The notes beneath the pieces were generated by a model. That model was given only the letters and a program-made list of their open reading frames with translations, searched no databases and was not told where the DNA came from. A DNA stretch of 64,000 nucleotides from an uncultured delta proteobacterium. GTDB lineage: Bacteria; Myxococcota; Myxococcia; Myxococcales; Anaeromyxobacteraceae. The stretch lies in NCBI GenBank assembly GCA_963814585.1, contig CAWFDF010000012.1:288001-352000 (forward strand). The letters are read 5' to 3'. Position numbers and translations under genes: made by a program. Below, one piece after another: positions 47,632 through 59,693 of this stretch. Each line of letters begins with the position of its first letter. Positions within the stretch are counted from its first letter, which is position 1.

Positions 47632-47646
47632 GTCCGGGAGGTGGAG

Positions 47647-49650
47647 TCAGTCCTGCCGCGGACCGCGCCGGACCGAGTGGCCGTGGCCGCTCAGCGGGCG
47701 GGGCTTGTGGCCGCCGGGCCGATCGGCCACCGACCGAGGCGCGGACGGTCGCGGCGCGTAGGGCCGGCTGCCGTAGGGCCGGCTCGCGGACGGACGGCTC
47801 GCGGGCGGACGGTTCCCGGACGAACGGTTCCCGGACGGACGGGTCTCGGGCGGACGAGCCGCGGACGGACGGGCCTCGGACGGACGGGCCTCGGACGGAC
47901 GGGCCTCGGGCGGACGGGCTTCCGGCGAGCGGACGGACCTCGCGAACGGCCGGCTCGCGGGCGGACGAATGGCGTCCGGTTGGCTCGCGGGGGGCGGTCG
48001 CCCTGCCAGCGCCTCGCCCGGCGGCCGGGCCGGTTCGATGCGGAGCCCGGGTGCGCGCGGATCGGGGACCCGCGCGGCGGCGGCGAACCGGGCGGCGGCT
48101 CCCGTGGCCACCTCGAAGCGGGTCTCGGCGGCGAGGATGACGATCTTGCCGATGTCGTCGCGGGTCACGCCGCCGCGCCGGCAGAGCAGCGGCAGGATCC
48201 ACTTCGGGTCGGCCTTCTTCTCGCGGCCGGTGGAGATGCGGAACCAGGCGGCCTCGGCGGGCGGCCCCGCGCGTGCCGGGCGCGGACCGCGCGGCGCCTC
48301 GCTGGCGGCGCGCGCCGTCTCCGGGAGCTCCTCCGGGGCCGGCAACGCCGCCCGGGCCCGGCGCACCAGCGCCAGCGCCACCGCCACCGGATCCCGGCCG
48401 GCCAGCAGGGCGCGGGCCGCCGTGAGCTCGTCCTCGGCCGCCTCGGCCATCGTCCCCGACACCTCGGCCGCCAGCCGGGTCTCGTCCTGGAGGCGGATCT
48501 GGTCGGCGGTCGGCACCGGCGCCCACTCCGGCGCCACGCCGGCCTCGCGGAGCATCCGCTCCAGCCTGGAGCGCTCCGGCGGGGACGCCAGCAGCACCGC
48601 CAGCCCCTTCCTCCCGGCCCGGCCGGTGCGGCCGCTGCGGTGCTGCAGCGCCGAGGCGTCCTGCGGCAGGTCGGCGTGGAGCACCAGCTCGATGCCCGGG
48701 AGGTCGAGGCCGCGAGCCGCCACGTCGGTGGCCACCAGCACCCTGGCCCGGCCGTCGCGCAGGGCCTTCAGGGCCCGTAGCCGCTCGGCCTGCGTCAGCT
48801 CGCCGGAGATGGCCACGGTCTCGAAGCCGCGCTCGCCGAGCGAGGCGGCGGTGTGGGTGACCGCCTCGCGCCGGGCCCGGAAGACCAGCGCGCTGGCCGG
48901 CTCGAGCGACCGGAGGACGTTGACGATGACGTGCTCGCGCTCGCGCTGCGCCACCACGTGGGCCCGGTAGGTGATGTCCTCGTGGGCCTGCCGGGGCGGC
49001 GTGGCCGTGACCCGCACCGCCTCCCGCGTGTAGGCCCGGGCCAGCTCGACGATGGGCTTCGGCATGGTGGCCGAGAAGAGGATGGTGCGCCGCTCCGCCG
49101 GCGCCGCCTCGAGGATGGCCTCCAGCTCCTCGCGGAAGCCCATGTCCAGCATCTCGTCGGCCTCGTCGAGCACCAGCGCACCCAGGACCGAGAGGTCGAG
49201 GACGCGGCGCGAGATGTGGTCGACGAGGCGCCCGGGCGTGCCCACCACGACGTGGACGCCGGCGGCCAGCGCCTTGGCCTCACGCCGCGGATCCAGCCCG
49301 CCCACGCAGGCCGTGACGATGGCGCCGGCCGGGCCCAGCAGCCAGGAGAGCTCGCGCTGGACCTGCACCGCCAGCTCGCGCGTCGGCGCGATCACCAGGG
49401 CCAGCGGCGGGCCGCCGCGGCCGAAGGCGGGCGCCTCGCCGAGCAGCGTCTCCGCCAGCACCAGGCCGAAGGCGACGGTCTTGCCGGAGCCGGTCCGCGA
49501 CGAGACCAGCAGGTCCTTGCCGCGCAGCGCGGGGTCGAGCACGGCCGCCTGCACCGGGGTCGGCTCGGCGTAGCCGCGGGCCGAGAGCGCGCGCTGCAGG
49601 GCGGGATGTGCGGCCAGCGAGGCGAACGAGGCGGCGGCGGGAGCGCTCAC
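47647..49650 (-). CDS. DEAD-box RNA helicase with DbpA-type RNA-binding domain and repetitive tail
   Basis: PTPVQ, TGSGKT, PTRELA, DEAD, SAT, TDVAARGLD, HRSGRTGR. Confidence 0.95.
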   Translation of the reverse strand: MSAPAAASFASLAAHPALQRALSARGYAEPTPVQAAVLDPALRGKDLLVSSRTGSGKTVAFGLVLAETLLGEAPAFGRGGPPLALVIAPTRELAVQVQRELSWLLGPAGAIVTACVGGLDPRREAKALAAGVHVVVGTPGRLVDHISRRVLDLSVLGALVLDEADEMLDMGFREELEAILEAAPAERRTILFSATMPKPIVELARAYTREAVRVTATPPRQAHEDITYRAHVVAQREREHVIVNVLRSLEPASALVFRARREAVTHTAASLGERGFETVAISGELTQAERLRALKALRDGRARVLVATDVAARGLDLPGIELVLHADLPQDASALQHRSGRTGRAGRKGLAVLLASPPERSRLERMLREAGVAPEWAPVPTADQIRLQDETRLAAEVSGTMAEAAEDELTAARALLAGRDPVAVALALVRRARAALPAPEELPETARAASEAPRGPRPARAGPPAEAAWFRISTGREKKADPKWILPLLCRRGGVTRDDIGKIVILAAETRFEVATGAAARFAAAARVPDPRAPGLRIEPARPPGEALAGRPPPASQPDAIRPPASRPFARSVRSPEARPPEARPSEARPSEARPSAARPPETRPSGNRSSGNRPPASRPSASRPYGSRPYAPRPSAPRSVADRPGGHKPRPLSGHGHSVRRGPRQD
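47735..47966 (-). repeat. Imperfect 15-bp tandem repeat encoding RP[SP]xx pentapeptides
   Basis: + strand units such as CGGACGGGCCTCGGA; protein RPPEA-RPSEA-RPSEA-RPSAA-RPPET-RPSGN and further units. Confidence 0.9.
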
Positions 49651-49765
49651 GCGGCCCTTGTAGCAGAGGGGGCGTGGTGGCGATACCTGGCGCCCCGACC
49701 CCTGCCGTGATCCCGGCCGGGGCCAGGCTTGACCGGCAGGCCTGCCCACTCCACCATCCCCACGC

Positions 49766-51016
49766 CTGCCCGCCGCCGATCCCTACGCCGCCCTCCGCTT
49801 CCCGGAGTACCGCGCCTTCCTGGCGGCCATGACCGCCATCTTCGTGGCCACGCAGATCCAGAGCGCGGTGCTGGGCTGGCAGGTCTACCTCCTCACCGGC
49901 GACCCCTTCGCCCTCGGCCTGATCGGCCTCGCCGAGGCGGTCCCCTTCCTGGCCCTGACGCTGGTGGGGGGCTGGGCCGCCGACCGCACCGACCGGCGCC
50001 GCGTCTCGCTGCTCTCCTTCGGGGCCGTCGGCCTCTCCGGACTGGCCCTCTTCCTCCTCACCCTCGGCCCGCCCGGCCCCGTCCTCCCGCTCTACGGCGC
50101 GCAGGTGCTGGCCGGGCTCGGCCGCGCCTTCTTCCGTCCCGCCTCCGCCGCGCTCGGCACCGAGCTGGTGCCTCGCGAGCACTTCCAGAACGCCGCCTCC
50201 TGGCGCTCCTCGCTGTTCCACGCCGCCATGGTGCTCGGCCCCGCCGTCGGCGGCGGTCTCATCGCGCTGGGCGGCCCGCGCCTCGCCTACGGCGTGGTGG
50301 TGACGCTCTCCGTCACCGGCCTGCTGCTCATGGCCACCATCGCGCCGCGCCCTCGCCCGGCCGGGGCCGCCGGACCGATCGGCGCCGGCCTCTCCGAGGG
50401 GATCCGCTTCGTCTTCTCCCAGCCCATCCTGCTCGGTGCGCTCGGCCTCGACCTCTTCGCCGTCCTCTTCGGCGGCGCCACGGCGCTGCTCCCGATCTTC
50501 GCGCGCGACATCCTCGGCGTCGGCGAGGTCGGCTTCGGCTTCCTGCGCGCCGCGCCCGCCGCCGGCTCGATCATCGTGGCCCTGCTGCTGGCGCGCTTCG
50601 GCTCGCTCCGGCGCGCCGGCCGCGTGCTGCTCTGGTGCGTGGCCGGCTTCGGCGTCACCTGGATGCTCTTCGCCCTGTCCCGCTCCTTCGCCCTCTCGCT
50701 GGCGCTGCTGGTGCTCGGCGGCGCCCTCGACGGCGTCTCGGTGATCCTGCGCGGAACGCTGGTGCAGCTCTGGACGCCCCAGGCCATGATGGGGCGCGTG
50801 GCGGCGGTCAACAGCTTCTTCATCGGCTCGTCCAACGAGCTGGGCGCCTTCGAGAGCGGCCTGGCGGCCAGGCTGCTGGGCGTCGTCCCGTCGGTCCTCT
50901 TCGGCGGGACCATGACGCTGGTGACGGTGGCCTGGGTGGCGTGGCGGGCCCCGGCGCTGCGTCGCCTGGGCCGTCTCTCACCGGAGGGGACCGATGGCGA
51001 CGCGCACCCTGCGTGA
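49766..51016 (+). CDS. MFS transporter (H+ antiporter-like); start uncertain (CTG 49766, first ATG 49829)
   Basis: Multi-[40 protein letters not shown]; in-frame [15 protein letters not shown] upstream of the first ATG. Confidence 0.85.
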   Translation: MPAADPYAALRFPEYRAFLAAMTAIFVATQIQSAVLGWQVYLLTGDPFALGLIGLAEAVPFLALTLVGGWAADRTDRRRVSLLSFGAVGLSGLALFLLTLGPPGPVLPLYGAQVLAGLGRAFFRPASAALGTELVPREHFQNAASWRSSLFHAAMVLGPAVGGGLIALGGPRLAYGVVVTLSVTGLLLMATIAPRPRPAGAAGPIGAGLSEGIRFVFSQPILLGALGLDLFAVLFGGATALLPIFARDILGVGEVGFGFLRAAPAAGSIIVALLLARFGSLRRAGRVLLWCVAGFGVTWMLFALSRSFALSLALLVLGGALDGVSVILRGTLVQLWTPQAMMGRVAAVNSFFIGSSNELGAFESGLAARLLGVVPSVLFGGTMTLVTVAWVAWRAPALRRLGRLSPEGTDGDAHPA

Positions 51017-51779
51017 CTGGCTCGGGGAGGGCCCGTACACGCTGGCCCTGTCCTCCGGCTTCTTCGGGTTCTTCGCCCACGCCGGCGTGCTGGTGGTGCT
51101 CGAGGAGGAGGGGCTCCTGCCCGCCCGCCTCTGCGGCTCCTCGGCCGGCGCGCTGGTGGGCGGCCTGTTCGCGGCGGGGCTGCCGGCGTCGGCGATCCGG
51201 GAGCAGCTGCTCACGCTCCGCCGGGACGACTTCTGGGATCCCCGTCCGGGGCTCGGGCTGCTGCGCGGCGCCCGCTTCCGGGCCCGGCTCGACGGCCTCC
51301 TCCGCGTCGAGACCTTCGAGGCCTGCTCCCGCCCCCTGGCGATCTCGGCCTGGGACCCGCTGGCCCGCCAGACCGTGGTGCTGCGGAGCGGCCCGCTCGC
51401 GCCGGCCATCCAGGCCTCCGGCTCGGTCCCCTTCCTCTTCCAGCCGGTCCGCCTCGGGGGTCGCTGGCTCCTCGACGGCGGCGTCGCCGATCGACACGGC
51501 CTGGCCGGGGCCCCGCCAGCCGGCGCGACCGGAGCGCCGCCCCCGCGCGTCCTCTATCACCACATCACCTCGCGCTCCCCGTGGCGCCGCGCCGGCAGCC
51601 CGGCGCTCCGGATCCCCGACCGCCCCGGCCTGGTCGCGGTCGCGCTCCACGGCCTGCCCCGGCCCGGGCCCTTCCGCCTGGCGCTGGGCGCCGAGGCGCT
51701 GGCGCGGGCCGCCGACGGGATGCGCGCCGCGCTAGGCGGGCCGGCGGAGGAGCGCCTCGCTGCTGTAGAGCGCCAGTGA
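50994..51779 (+). CDS. Patatin-like phospholipase
   Basis: [17 protein letters not shown] nucleophile, DGG. Confidence 0.88.
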   Translation: MATRTLRDWLGEGPYTLALSSGFFGFFAHAGVLVVLEEEGLLPARLCGSSAGALVGGLFAAGLPASAIREQLLTLRRDDFWDPRPGLGLLRGARFRARLDGLLRVETFEACSRPLAISAWDPLARQTVVLRSGPLAPAIQASGSVPFLFQPVRLGGRWLLDGGVADRHGLAGAPPAGATGAPPPRVLYHHITSRSPWRRAGSPALRIPDRPGLVAVALHGLPRPGPFRLALGAEALARAADGMRAALGGPAEERLAAVERQ

Positions 51780-52618
51780 CGCCCAGATGCAGCCGAAGGC
51801 GACGGCGTGCGCGGCGGTGAAGGTCTCGCCGAAGCGCCAGACCGCCAGCGCGAACTGCGTGGTCGGGTTGACGTAGAGGAGCAGCCCGACGGTCGCCAGG
51901 GTGAGGCGCCGGACCCCCACCGCGAAGAGCAGGAGCGGCACCGCCGTCACCACCCCGGTGAGCGTGAGCAGCGCGGTGACCCCCGGCGCGGACCCGAGGT
52001 GCCCCTCGCCGCGCCACGCCAGCCAGAGGAGCCAGCCCACCGCCAGCGGCGACAGCACCGCCACCTCGGCGAGCAGCCCGGCGATGGCATCGACCGCCAG
52101 CCGCTTGCGGAGCAGCCCGTAGAGCCCGAAGGAGCCCGCCAGCGCCAGCGCCACCCAGGGCACCTTCCCCACCCAGAGCACCATGGCCAGCACCCCGGCC
52201 GCGGCCAGCACCACCGCCCCCACCTGCCTGCGGCTGAGCGCCTCGTGCAGGAAGAGCACGCCCAGCAGCACCGAGACCAGCGGGGTGATGAAGTACCCGA
52301 GGCTCGCCTCCAGCACCCGCCCCGACTGGACCGCCCAGATGAAGACCAGCCAGTTGGTGGAGATGAGGAGCGCGCTGGCGGTGAGCGACCGGATCGCCCC
52401 GGGGCGCCCGAGCTGCACCAGCACCGACGGCCACCGGCGCAGCAGCGTCACCAGCACGCCCATGAAGAGCGCGCTCCACGCCACCCGGTGGGCCAGCACC
52501 TCGCTGGCCGGGACGCCCTGGAGGGCGTGGAAGTAGAGGGGGAAGAGCCCCAGATCAGGTAGGCCGAGGCGGCAGCGGCCACGCCGGCCGACTGCTGGCG
52601 CTTGGCGGTGGTGGTCAT
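51732..52618 (-). CDS. rarD: EamA family transporter RarD, with apparent 1-nt frameshift near 52548-52551
   Basis: AYLIW[G]LFPLYF is restored by adding one G to a G4 run; [29 protein letters not shown]. Confidence 0.85.
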
Positions 52619-52636
52619 GGCGCGGCTCGCTGGCGG

Positions 52637-53349
<713 letters not shown>

Positions 53350-53353
<4 letters not shown>

Positions 53354-54165
53354 GGCGCCGCTCCCGGTCCCGGGACGGCGATGTGCCGCTCCTCCAGGTA
53401 GGCGTCGCCGAGGTAGGCCTCGATCACCTTGGGGTCGCGCCGCACCTCGGCGGGCGAGCCGGCGGCGATGGTGCAGCCGTGGTCCAGCACCAGCAGCCGC
53501 TCCGACACCCCCATCACCAGCCGCATGTCGTGCTCGATCACCAGGATGGCGATCCCGAAGCGGTCGCGGATGGAGCGGATCAGCTCCATCAGCTCGACCT
53601 TCTCGCCGGCGTTCATCCCGGCGGCCGGCTCGTCGAGGCAGAGCAGCTTCGGCCCGGTGGCCAGGGCGCGGGCGATCTCCAGGCGCCGCTGCTCGCCGTA
53701 GGGGAGGTTGCGCGACACCTCGTCGCGCCGGCTCCCCAGCCCCATGACCTCGAGGTACTCCTCGGCGCGGGCCAGGATGCGCGCCTCCTCCCGCAGGTGG
53801 CGCCCGGTGAGGAAGAGCGCGTCGAAGAACCCGCTCTCGGCGCGGGCGTGGCAGGCCACCCGGACGTTGTCGAGGGCCGTCAGCTCGCGGAAGAGCCGGA
53901 TGTTCTGGAAGGTGCGGGCCACGCCGCGGGCGCAGATCTGGTGCGGTCGCCGACCGTTGACCCGCGCTCCGCCCACCTTCACCTCGCCCTCGCTGGGCTG
54001 GTAGACGCCGGTGATGGCGTTGAAGGCGGTGGTCTTGCCGGCGCCGTTCGGGCCGATGAGCCCGACCAGTTCCCCCGGGCGCATCACCAGGTTGAAGTCG
54101 GCCAGCGCCTTCAGGCCGCCGAAGCGCATGGTGACGCCGGTCACCTCCAGGGTGGCGTCGCTCAC
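53350..54165 (-). CDS. livG: Branched-chain amino acid ABC transporter ATPase
   Basis: FGGLKAL, GPNGAGKTT, RTFQNIRLF, LPYGEQRRLE, IEHDM, VIEAYLG. Confidence 0.94.
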
Positions 54166-55184
54166 GGCCCGCCCCCCGCGTCGGCCGCCCCCGCGGCGCC
54201 CTTGCGGGCCCCGCGCCGCCTGAAGAGCGGCAGGTCCCAGAGCTCGTGGGTGCCGAAGATCCCCTGCGGCCGCAGCAGCATGAGGACGATGAGCAGCGCC
54301 GCGTAGACCACCATCCGGTAGGCCTGGAACTCGCGCAGCGCCTCCAGCCCGAGCGTGAGCACCACCGCCGAGATCACCGAGCCGGTGATCGAGCCGAGGC
54401 CGCCCAGCACGATCATCACCACCACCTCGATGGAGCGGACGAAGGTGAACATCCGCGGGGTGGCCAGCAGGATGGCGTGGGCGATGAGCGCGCCGGCCAG
54501 CCCGGCGTAGGCCGCCGAGATGACGAAGGCCCTGACCTTGTAGCCGGTGGTGTCGACCCCCATGGCCTCGGCCGCCACCTCGTCCTCGCGGATGGCGAAG
54601 AGGGCCCGCCCCTGGGTGGAGACCGAGAGGCGCCGCGCCATCACCACGGTGGCCAGCGCCGAGATCCCGACCCAGACCAGGTTGGTGCGCAGCGGCAGGC
54701 CGGAGAGGCCGGTGGCCTGCCCGAGCGCCGGCATGTTCTCGATCACCGACCGGATGATCTCGCCGAAGCCGAGGGTGACGATGGCCAGGTAGTCGCCCCG
54801 CAGCCGCAGCGAGGGAAGGCCCACCAGCACGCCCGCCAGCCCGGCCGCCGCCATGGCCGCCGAGAGCGCCAGGGCGAAGAAGAGCTGGTCGGAGACCGCC
54901 TCGGGGAGGAAGGCCAGCTGCTGGCCCGCCAGTCCCAGCGTGATCTTGGCGGCGGTGTAGGCGCCGACCGCCATGAAGCCGGCGTGGCCGAGCGAGAACT
55001 GGCCGGTGGCGCCGTTCACCACGTTGAGCGAGACCGCCAGGATGACGTTGACGCCCACGGTGGTGAGGATCAGCGTGTAGGCCTGCGACCCGCTGGCCTG
55101 CAGCGCCCACTGGAAGGCGAGGAGCGCCGGGAGGCCGATGAGGAACGGGAGGAACGAGCGGAGCGCCTGCCGGACGGCGGCCAC
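54162..55184 (-). CDS. livM: Branched-chain amino acid ABC transporter permease
   Basis: GQFSLGHAGF, RLRGDYLAIVTLGFGEI, AIREDEVAAEAMGV. Confidence 0.92.
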   Translation of the reverse strand: MAAVRQALRSFLPFLIGLPALLAFQWALQASGSQAYTLILTTVGVNVILAVSLNVVNGATGQFSLGHAGFMAVGAYTAAKITLGLAGQQLAFLPEAVSDQLFFALALSAAMAAAGLAGVLVGLPSLRLRGDYLAIVTLGFGEIIRSVIENMPALGQATGLSGLPLRTNLVWVGISALATVVMARRLSVSTQGRALFAIREDEVAAEAMGVDTTGYKVRAFVISAAYAGLAGALIAHAILLATPRMFTFVRSIEVVVMIVLGGLGSITGSVISAVVLTLGLEALREFQAYRMVVYAALLIVLMLLRPQGIFGTHELWDLPLFRRRGARKGAAGAADAGGGP

Positions 55185-56139
55185 TAGACCTTCTCCACGG
55201 TGAAGCGGCCGAAGAGCCCTGCCGGGCGGACCAGCAGCACCAGGATCAGGACCGTGAAGGCGATGGCGTCGCGGTAGGAGGAGTCGGTGTAGCCGGCCAC
55301 GTACTCCTCGGCCAGCCCCAGCACCAGCCCCCCCACCATGGCGCCCGGCACGCTGCCGATGCCGCCCAGCACCGCCGCCACGAAGGCCTTCAGCCCGGCC
55401 ATGAGCCCGAAGAGCGGCTCGATGCGGGGACGCGAGACGGCGTTGATGATGCCGGCGGCCGCCGCCAGCGCGCTCCCCAGCACGAAGGTCCAGGAGATGA
55501 TGCGGTTGACCGGGATGCCCATCAGCCCCGCCACCTGCGAGTCGAAGGAGACGGCGCGCATGGCGGTGCCGAAGCGGGTCCGGTAGACGATGAACTGGAG
55601 CCCGAGCATCAGGGCCAGCGCCACCAGCAGCCCGATGATGTCGTAGTTGGAGAGGCTCACGCCCATCCACTCGTAGCCGGTCCGGGCCAGCAGCGCCGGG
55701 AAGACGCGCGGGCTCGGCCCGGGGGGAAACTCGATGGGCACGTGCACCAGCGGCGACAGCTGGAAGCCGAACTCCAGCAGGAAGGAGACGCCGATGGCGG
55801 TGATGAGCGCGGTGAGCCGGGCCCGGTGGCGCAGCGGCCGGTAGGCGAACCGCTCGATGACGTAGCCGAGCACGCCGCAGACGATCATCGCCCCATGGTG
55901 ACCACGGTGGCCTTGAAGAAGGTCTCGCCGGCGCCCGGGGGCGGGTCGGCCCAGGGCGGGCGGACCCCGACCAGCTCCGACAGGTAGTAGCCGGCGAAGG
56001 CCCCCACCATGTAGACGTCGCCGTGCGCGAAGTTGATGAGCTTCAGCACGCCGTAGACCATGGTGTAGCCGAGCGCCACCAGCGCGTAGATGGTCCCGAC
56101 CGAGAGGCCGTTGACCAGGTGCTGGAGGAACTCGGTCAC
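55184..56139 (-). CDS. livH: Branched-chain amino acid ABC transporter permease, with apparent 1-nt frameshift near 55891-55894
   Basis: NGLSVGTIYALVALGYTMVYGVLKLINFAHG in one frame; ERFAYRPL..KAFVAAVLGGIG in the next; joined by adding one G. Confidence 0.87.
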
Positions 56140-56145
56140 CCGGGC

Positions 56146-57337
56146 CTAGGGCTCGATGGTGGCGAGGTACTTGGCCTTGTTCTTCTCGATGCGCAGCACC
56201 ACCGCCGACTTCACGGCGTTGTGGTCGGCGTCGATGGTGATGGTCCCGCCCACGCCCGGGAAGCCCTTGGTGGCCGCGATGGCGGCGGCCACCGCCGGGC
56301 CGGAGAGGTCGGGGGCCCGCGCCATGGCGTCGAAGGCCACGTGGGCGGCGTCGTAGCCCAGCGCCGCCATCGAGTCGGGGGTGGCGCCGAACTTCTCCCG
56401 GTAGCGCTTCACGAAGGTCTGGATGAGCGGGTCGGGGTTCTCGTCGGTGTAGTGGTTGGAGAAGTACCCTCCGTCGAGCGCCCCCTGGGCGATCTCGTAG
56501 AGCTTGGCCGAGTCCCAGCCGTCGCCGCCGCCGAGCGGCACCTTGATGCCCAGCTCGCGCGCCTGCCGGCCCACCAGCGCCACGTCGGTGTAGTAGCCGG
56601 GGACGTAGATCATCTCGGGCTCCTTGCCCTTGATGGTGGTGAGCTGCGCCTTGAAGTCCTGGTCGCCGCCCTTGAAGCTCTGGTCGCTGACGATGGTCCC
56701 GCCCAGCTCCTCGAACTTCTTCTTGAAGTAGTCGGCCAGCCCGACCGAGTAGTCGCTCCCCACGTCGCGCAGGATGGCCACCTTCTTCAGCTTCAGGTTC
56801 TCCCTGGCGAACTTGGCCATCACCGTCCCCTGGAACGGGTCGATGAAGCAGACGCGGAAGACGTACGGGCGGGTCTTGTCGCCGTCCTTGGTGACCCGCG
56901 GGTTGGTGGAGGTCGGCGAGATCTGCGGCACCTTGTTGGCGTCGGCGATGGGCGCCATGGCCAGCGAGCGGCTCGAGGCCACCTCGCCGATCAGCACCAC
57001 CACCTTGTCCTGGGTGATGAGCCGCGTGGCGGCGACGGCCGCCTCCTCCGGCTTCCCCTGGTCGTCGTAGGTCTTGGCCTCGACCCGCTTCCCCTTGATG
57101 CCGCCCTTGGCGTTGATGTCCTCGATGGCGAGCCGCAGGCCGTTCTCGGTGGAGACGCCGAAGGATGGCCTCCGAGCCGGTGAGCGAGCCGACGTGGCCG
57201 ATGAGGATGGTGTCCGCGGCCGGCGTGGCGGCGGCGGCCGGGGCGGGGGCGCCCTTGGGGGCCTCGGGCTTCTTCTGCTCGCAGGCGGCGGTGACGATCG
57301 CCAGGGTCATCAGGACTGCTGCACGAACGAGTCGCAT
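56146..57337 (-). CDS. livK: Branched-chain amino acid ABC substrate-binding lipoprotein, with apparent +1 frameshift near 57166
   Basis: Lipobox TAAC, IGHVGSLTGSEA, then in the shifted frame FGVSTENG..INAKGG..FRVCFIDPFQG..GDGWDS. Confidence 0.82.
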
Positions 57338-57568
57338 CTCAGCCTCCGTCGGAAGGGGATCAGCGGTGGGGGACCGCGACCTGGCATCAAAGCCCAGCAC
57401 CGACGAAACGTCGAGGCGAAAGGCGACGGGGCCCGCTGGCCGACCGGGCCAGGGCCCCGGCCGCCATGGCCGACGGGGGACGGGGCGGCCTGGAACGGGC
57501 CGTGCGCGGCGCCGGGGCGGGCCCGGCCTGGCGCCTCGCCCCGAACCGGCCTGGATCGCCGCCGCGCG

Positions 57569-58306
57569 CTACGGGGCCTTCTTCACCTCGACCGCGGGCG
57601 GGACATAGTCCGCCGCCGTCAGGGCGATCTCGATGCGCCGGTTCTGGCTCCGATTCTCCGGCGAGTCGTTGGGGACCACCGGCCGGTACTGCGAGAAGCC
57701 GGCCACGCCGAGCATCTTCGGGTCGAGCCCCTTGCCCTGGAGGTACCGGACCACGGCCGTGGATCGCGCCGCGGAGAGGTCCCAGTTGTCCTTGAAGGCG
57801 CCCTGCTTGCCCACCGGGACGTCGTCGGTGTAGCCGGCCACGATCACGTTCTTGCCCTGCAGCTCCTTGAAGGCATCGGCCACGGCGTCGAGCGCCACCT
57901 TGCCGTCCTTGCCGAGGCTGGCCGACCCCGAGGCGAAGAGGATCTTGTCCTTCAGCTTCACCGTCATCTTGCCGCGCAGCTCGGAGATCTCCACCTGCCC
58001 GGCCTGGATCTGCCCCTTGAGCGACATCGCCAGCTGCTCGTACTGCTGGCTCTTGGCCTGCAGCGCCGACGCCTTGGCCTCGGCCTGATCCTTCTCGCCC
58101 CGGATCGCCGCGGTCTCGGCCTGGCTGGTCTTCAGCTTGCCCTCGAGGTCCGCGACCTTGGCCTCGAGTGCCGCGGCCTTGCCGGTCTCGTCGGTGAGGG
58201 CCTGCTGGTACTTGAGCGCCTCGGCCTCCTTGGCCGAGTACTTCTCCTTGCTGATCCCACAGCCTGCCACGGCGACGGCGAGCACGACGACGGCGATGCG
58301 ACGCAT
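57569..58306 (-). CDS. OmpA/MotB-domain lipoprotein with coiled coil
   Basis: Lipobox VAGC, ILFASGSA, GYTDD, NWDLSAARS, NRRIEI; GGAGG SD. Confidence 0.88.
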   Translation of the reverse strand: MRRIAVVVLAVAVAGCGISKEKYSAKEAEALKYQQALTDETGKAAALEAKVADLEGKLKTSQAETAAIRGEKDQAEAKASALQAKSQQYEQLAMSLKGQIQAGQVEISELRGKMTVKLKDKILFASGSASLGKDGKVALDAVADAFKELQGKNVIVAGYTDDVPVGKQGAFKDNWDLSAARSTAVVRYLQGKGLDPKMLGVAGFSQYRPVVPNDSPENRSQNRRIEIALTAADYVPPAVEVKKAP

Positions 58307-58473
58307 GTGACCTCCCGGTGGCCCGCAGCCGGGCCGGTTCAGCGTGGACTCGAAGCGCGAGGATGCTGGCACGAGTCACCGGCCGAACACCAGAGCGCCA
58401 GAGGGCCCGGCGAGGTTGGTCCGGGATGGCGAACCCGTCCGGTCACCCGACCTGGCGCCGGGAGGAGCGCCCG

Positions 58474-58523
58474 GCCGCTTCGAGGAAGTCCTCGATGCGA
58501 AGGCGCCACTTCCTAGGTGGCAC
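58474..58523 (-). repeat. 50-bp direct-repeat copy of the mntA-hepT junction / hepT 5' end (partner 60067-60116)
   Basis: 46/50 nt identical by manual alignment; encodes VPPRKWRLRIEDFLEA. Confidence 0.92.
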
Positions 58524-58678
58524 CCTAGCGGGCGCTTCAGCGGGAGCCCGAAGAAGGCGCACGAAACCGGGCGAATGGGGGCGGCCTGTTGCCACGTTGT
58601 TCCTCCCCGGCCTTGTGCCTAGCGTGTTGGCGCGGTTCGGCTGCTTGAGCGTTGCTCGCATGCGGCTGTGAGGTCACC

Positions 58679-59653
58679 ATGAAGTCGGCGCGCGGACGCT
58701 GGTTCCTTGCGGTGCGGTCGGCTTCGGCCCTGCTCCTCTCCATGGCCATCGGCTGCGGGGGCGGCGGCGGTGACCCGGCGGGTGATCCGGTGATCGATTG
58801 CACCCCGCTGCTCAGCAACGGCCCGCAGGCCGTCATGGCAGGCACGGTCGACTCCGGGGAGTACCCCTGGGTCGCCGCGCTCGTCTTCCGTGCTTCTGCG
58901 AGCGGACCATGGGTGACTCGCTGCTCGGGGTCGCTCGTCGCTCCCGACCTGGTCCTGACGGCCGCGCACTGCGGCGTCTACTACTCCGGGCTTCCCGCCG
59001 GGCGCGTCGGGGTGACCTTCGACACCGTCCTCGGCGCGAGCTCGCCCGTGGTCACGGGGACCTTCATCGCGCATCCAGACTTCGCGCTCGACAAGACCCG
59101 CGACTTCGCCGTCGTGAGGCTCGACCAGCCGGTCAGCGGGATCACGCCCGCGACCGTGGCGCCACCCAACCTCCTCCAGGTCTTGAAGGACGGTGGCAGG
59201 CTCGTCGGCGCCCACTTCGAGGCCGTCGGCTACGGGATCGACGCGGTCACGGCGCGCGATCATTCCTGCGGGCAGGTGGTGGACTGGACGGGCAGCGGCA
59301 CCCGGCGCATCGCCAGCGGCGCCTACGTCTCCCTCTCGACGGCCCAGCTCCTCATCGACATGAGCGCGGCCCAGGGCCACGGAGGGAGCTGTTACGGGGA
59401 CTCCGGCGGTCCGCACGTGTTCCCTGGCACCGCCATCGTCGTCAGCAACACGCAGGGCGGCGACGACTGGTGCCTGATGACCGACGACACCATCCGTGTG
59501 GACACCTCCGTGGTGCAGTCCTTCGTCGGCCAGTACGCCACGCTGCCGCAGGACGTGCCGATGTGCCGGCCCGGCGTGGGTGCGCTGCGGGTCCCCGTCG
59601 CCGACGTCCTCGTCGCACTGGACGCGGGCGCGACGTTCGGCGACTGCCCGTAG
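58679..59653 (+). CDS. Trypsin-like (S1) serine protease lipoprotein
   Basis: Lipobox AIGC, CSGSL, LTAAHC (His), DFAVV (Asp), GDSGGP (Ser); GAGG SD. Confidence 0.9.
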   Translation: MKSARGRWFLAVRSASALLLSMAIGCGGGGGDPAGDPVIDCTPLLSNGPQAVMAGTVDSGEYPWVAALVFRASASGPWVTRCSGSLVAPDLVLTAAHCGVYYSGLPAGRVGVTFDTVLGASSPVVTGTFIAHPDFALDKTRDFAVVRLDQPVSGITPATVAPPNLLQVLKDGGRLVGAHFEAVGYGIDAVTARDHSCGQVVDWTGSGTRRIASGAYVSLSTAQLLIDMSAAQGHGGSCYGDSGGPHVFPGTAIVVSNTQGGDDWCLMTDDTIRVDTSVVQSFVGQYATLPQDVPMCRPGVGALRVPVADVLVALDAGATFGDCP

Positions 59654-59693
59654 GACGTTGGTTTGTGTCGCCTCTGCAGGCCAATACGCTGCA

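Noticed and set aside
47735..47966. Regular repeats resembling a CRISPR array
   Set aside because: 15-bp contiguous in-frame units with no unique spacers and no cas genes; a coding minisatellite.
58627..58646. sigma54 promoter (TGGCGC...TGC) upstream of the protease
   Set aside because: GG-to-GC spacing is 12 nt rather than the required 10.
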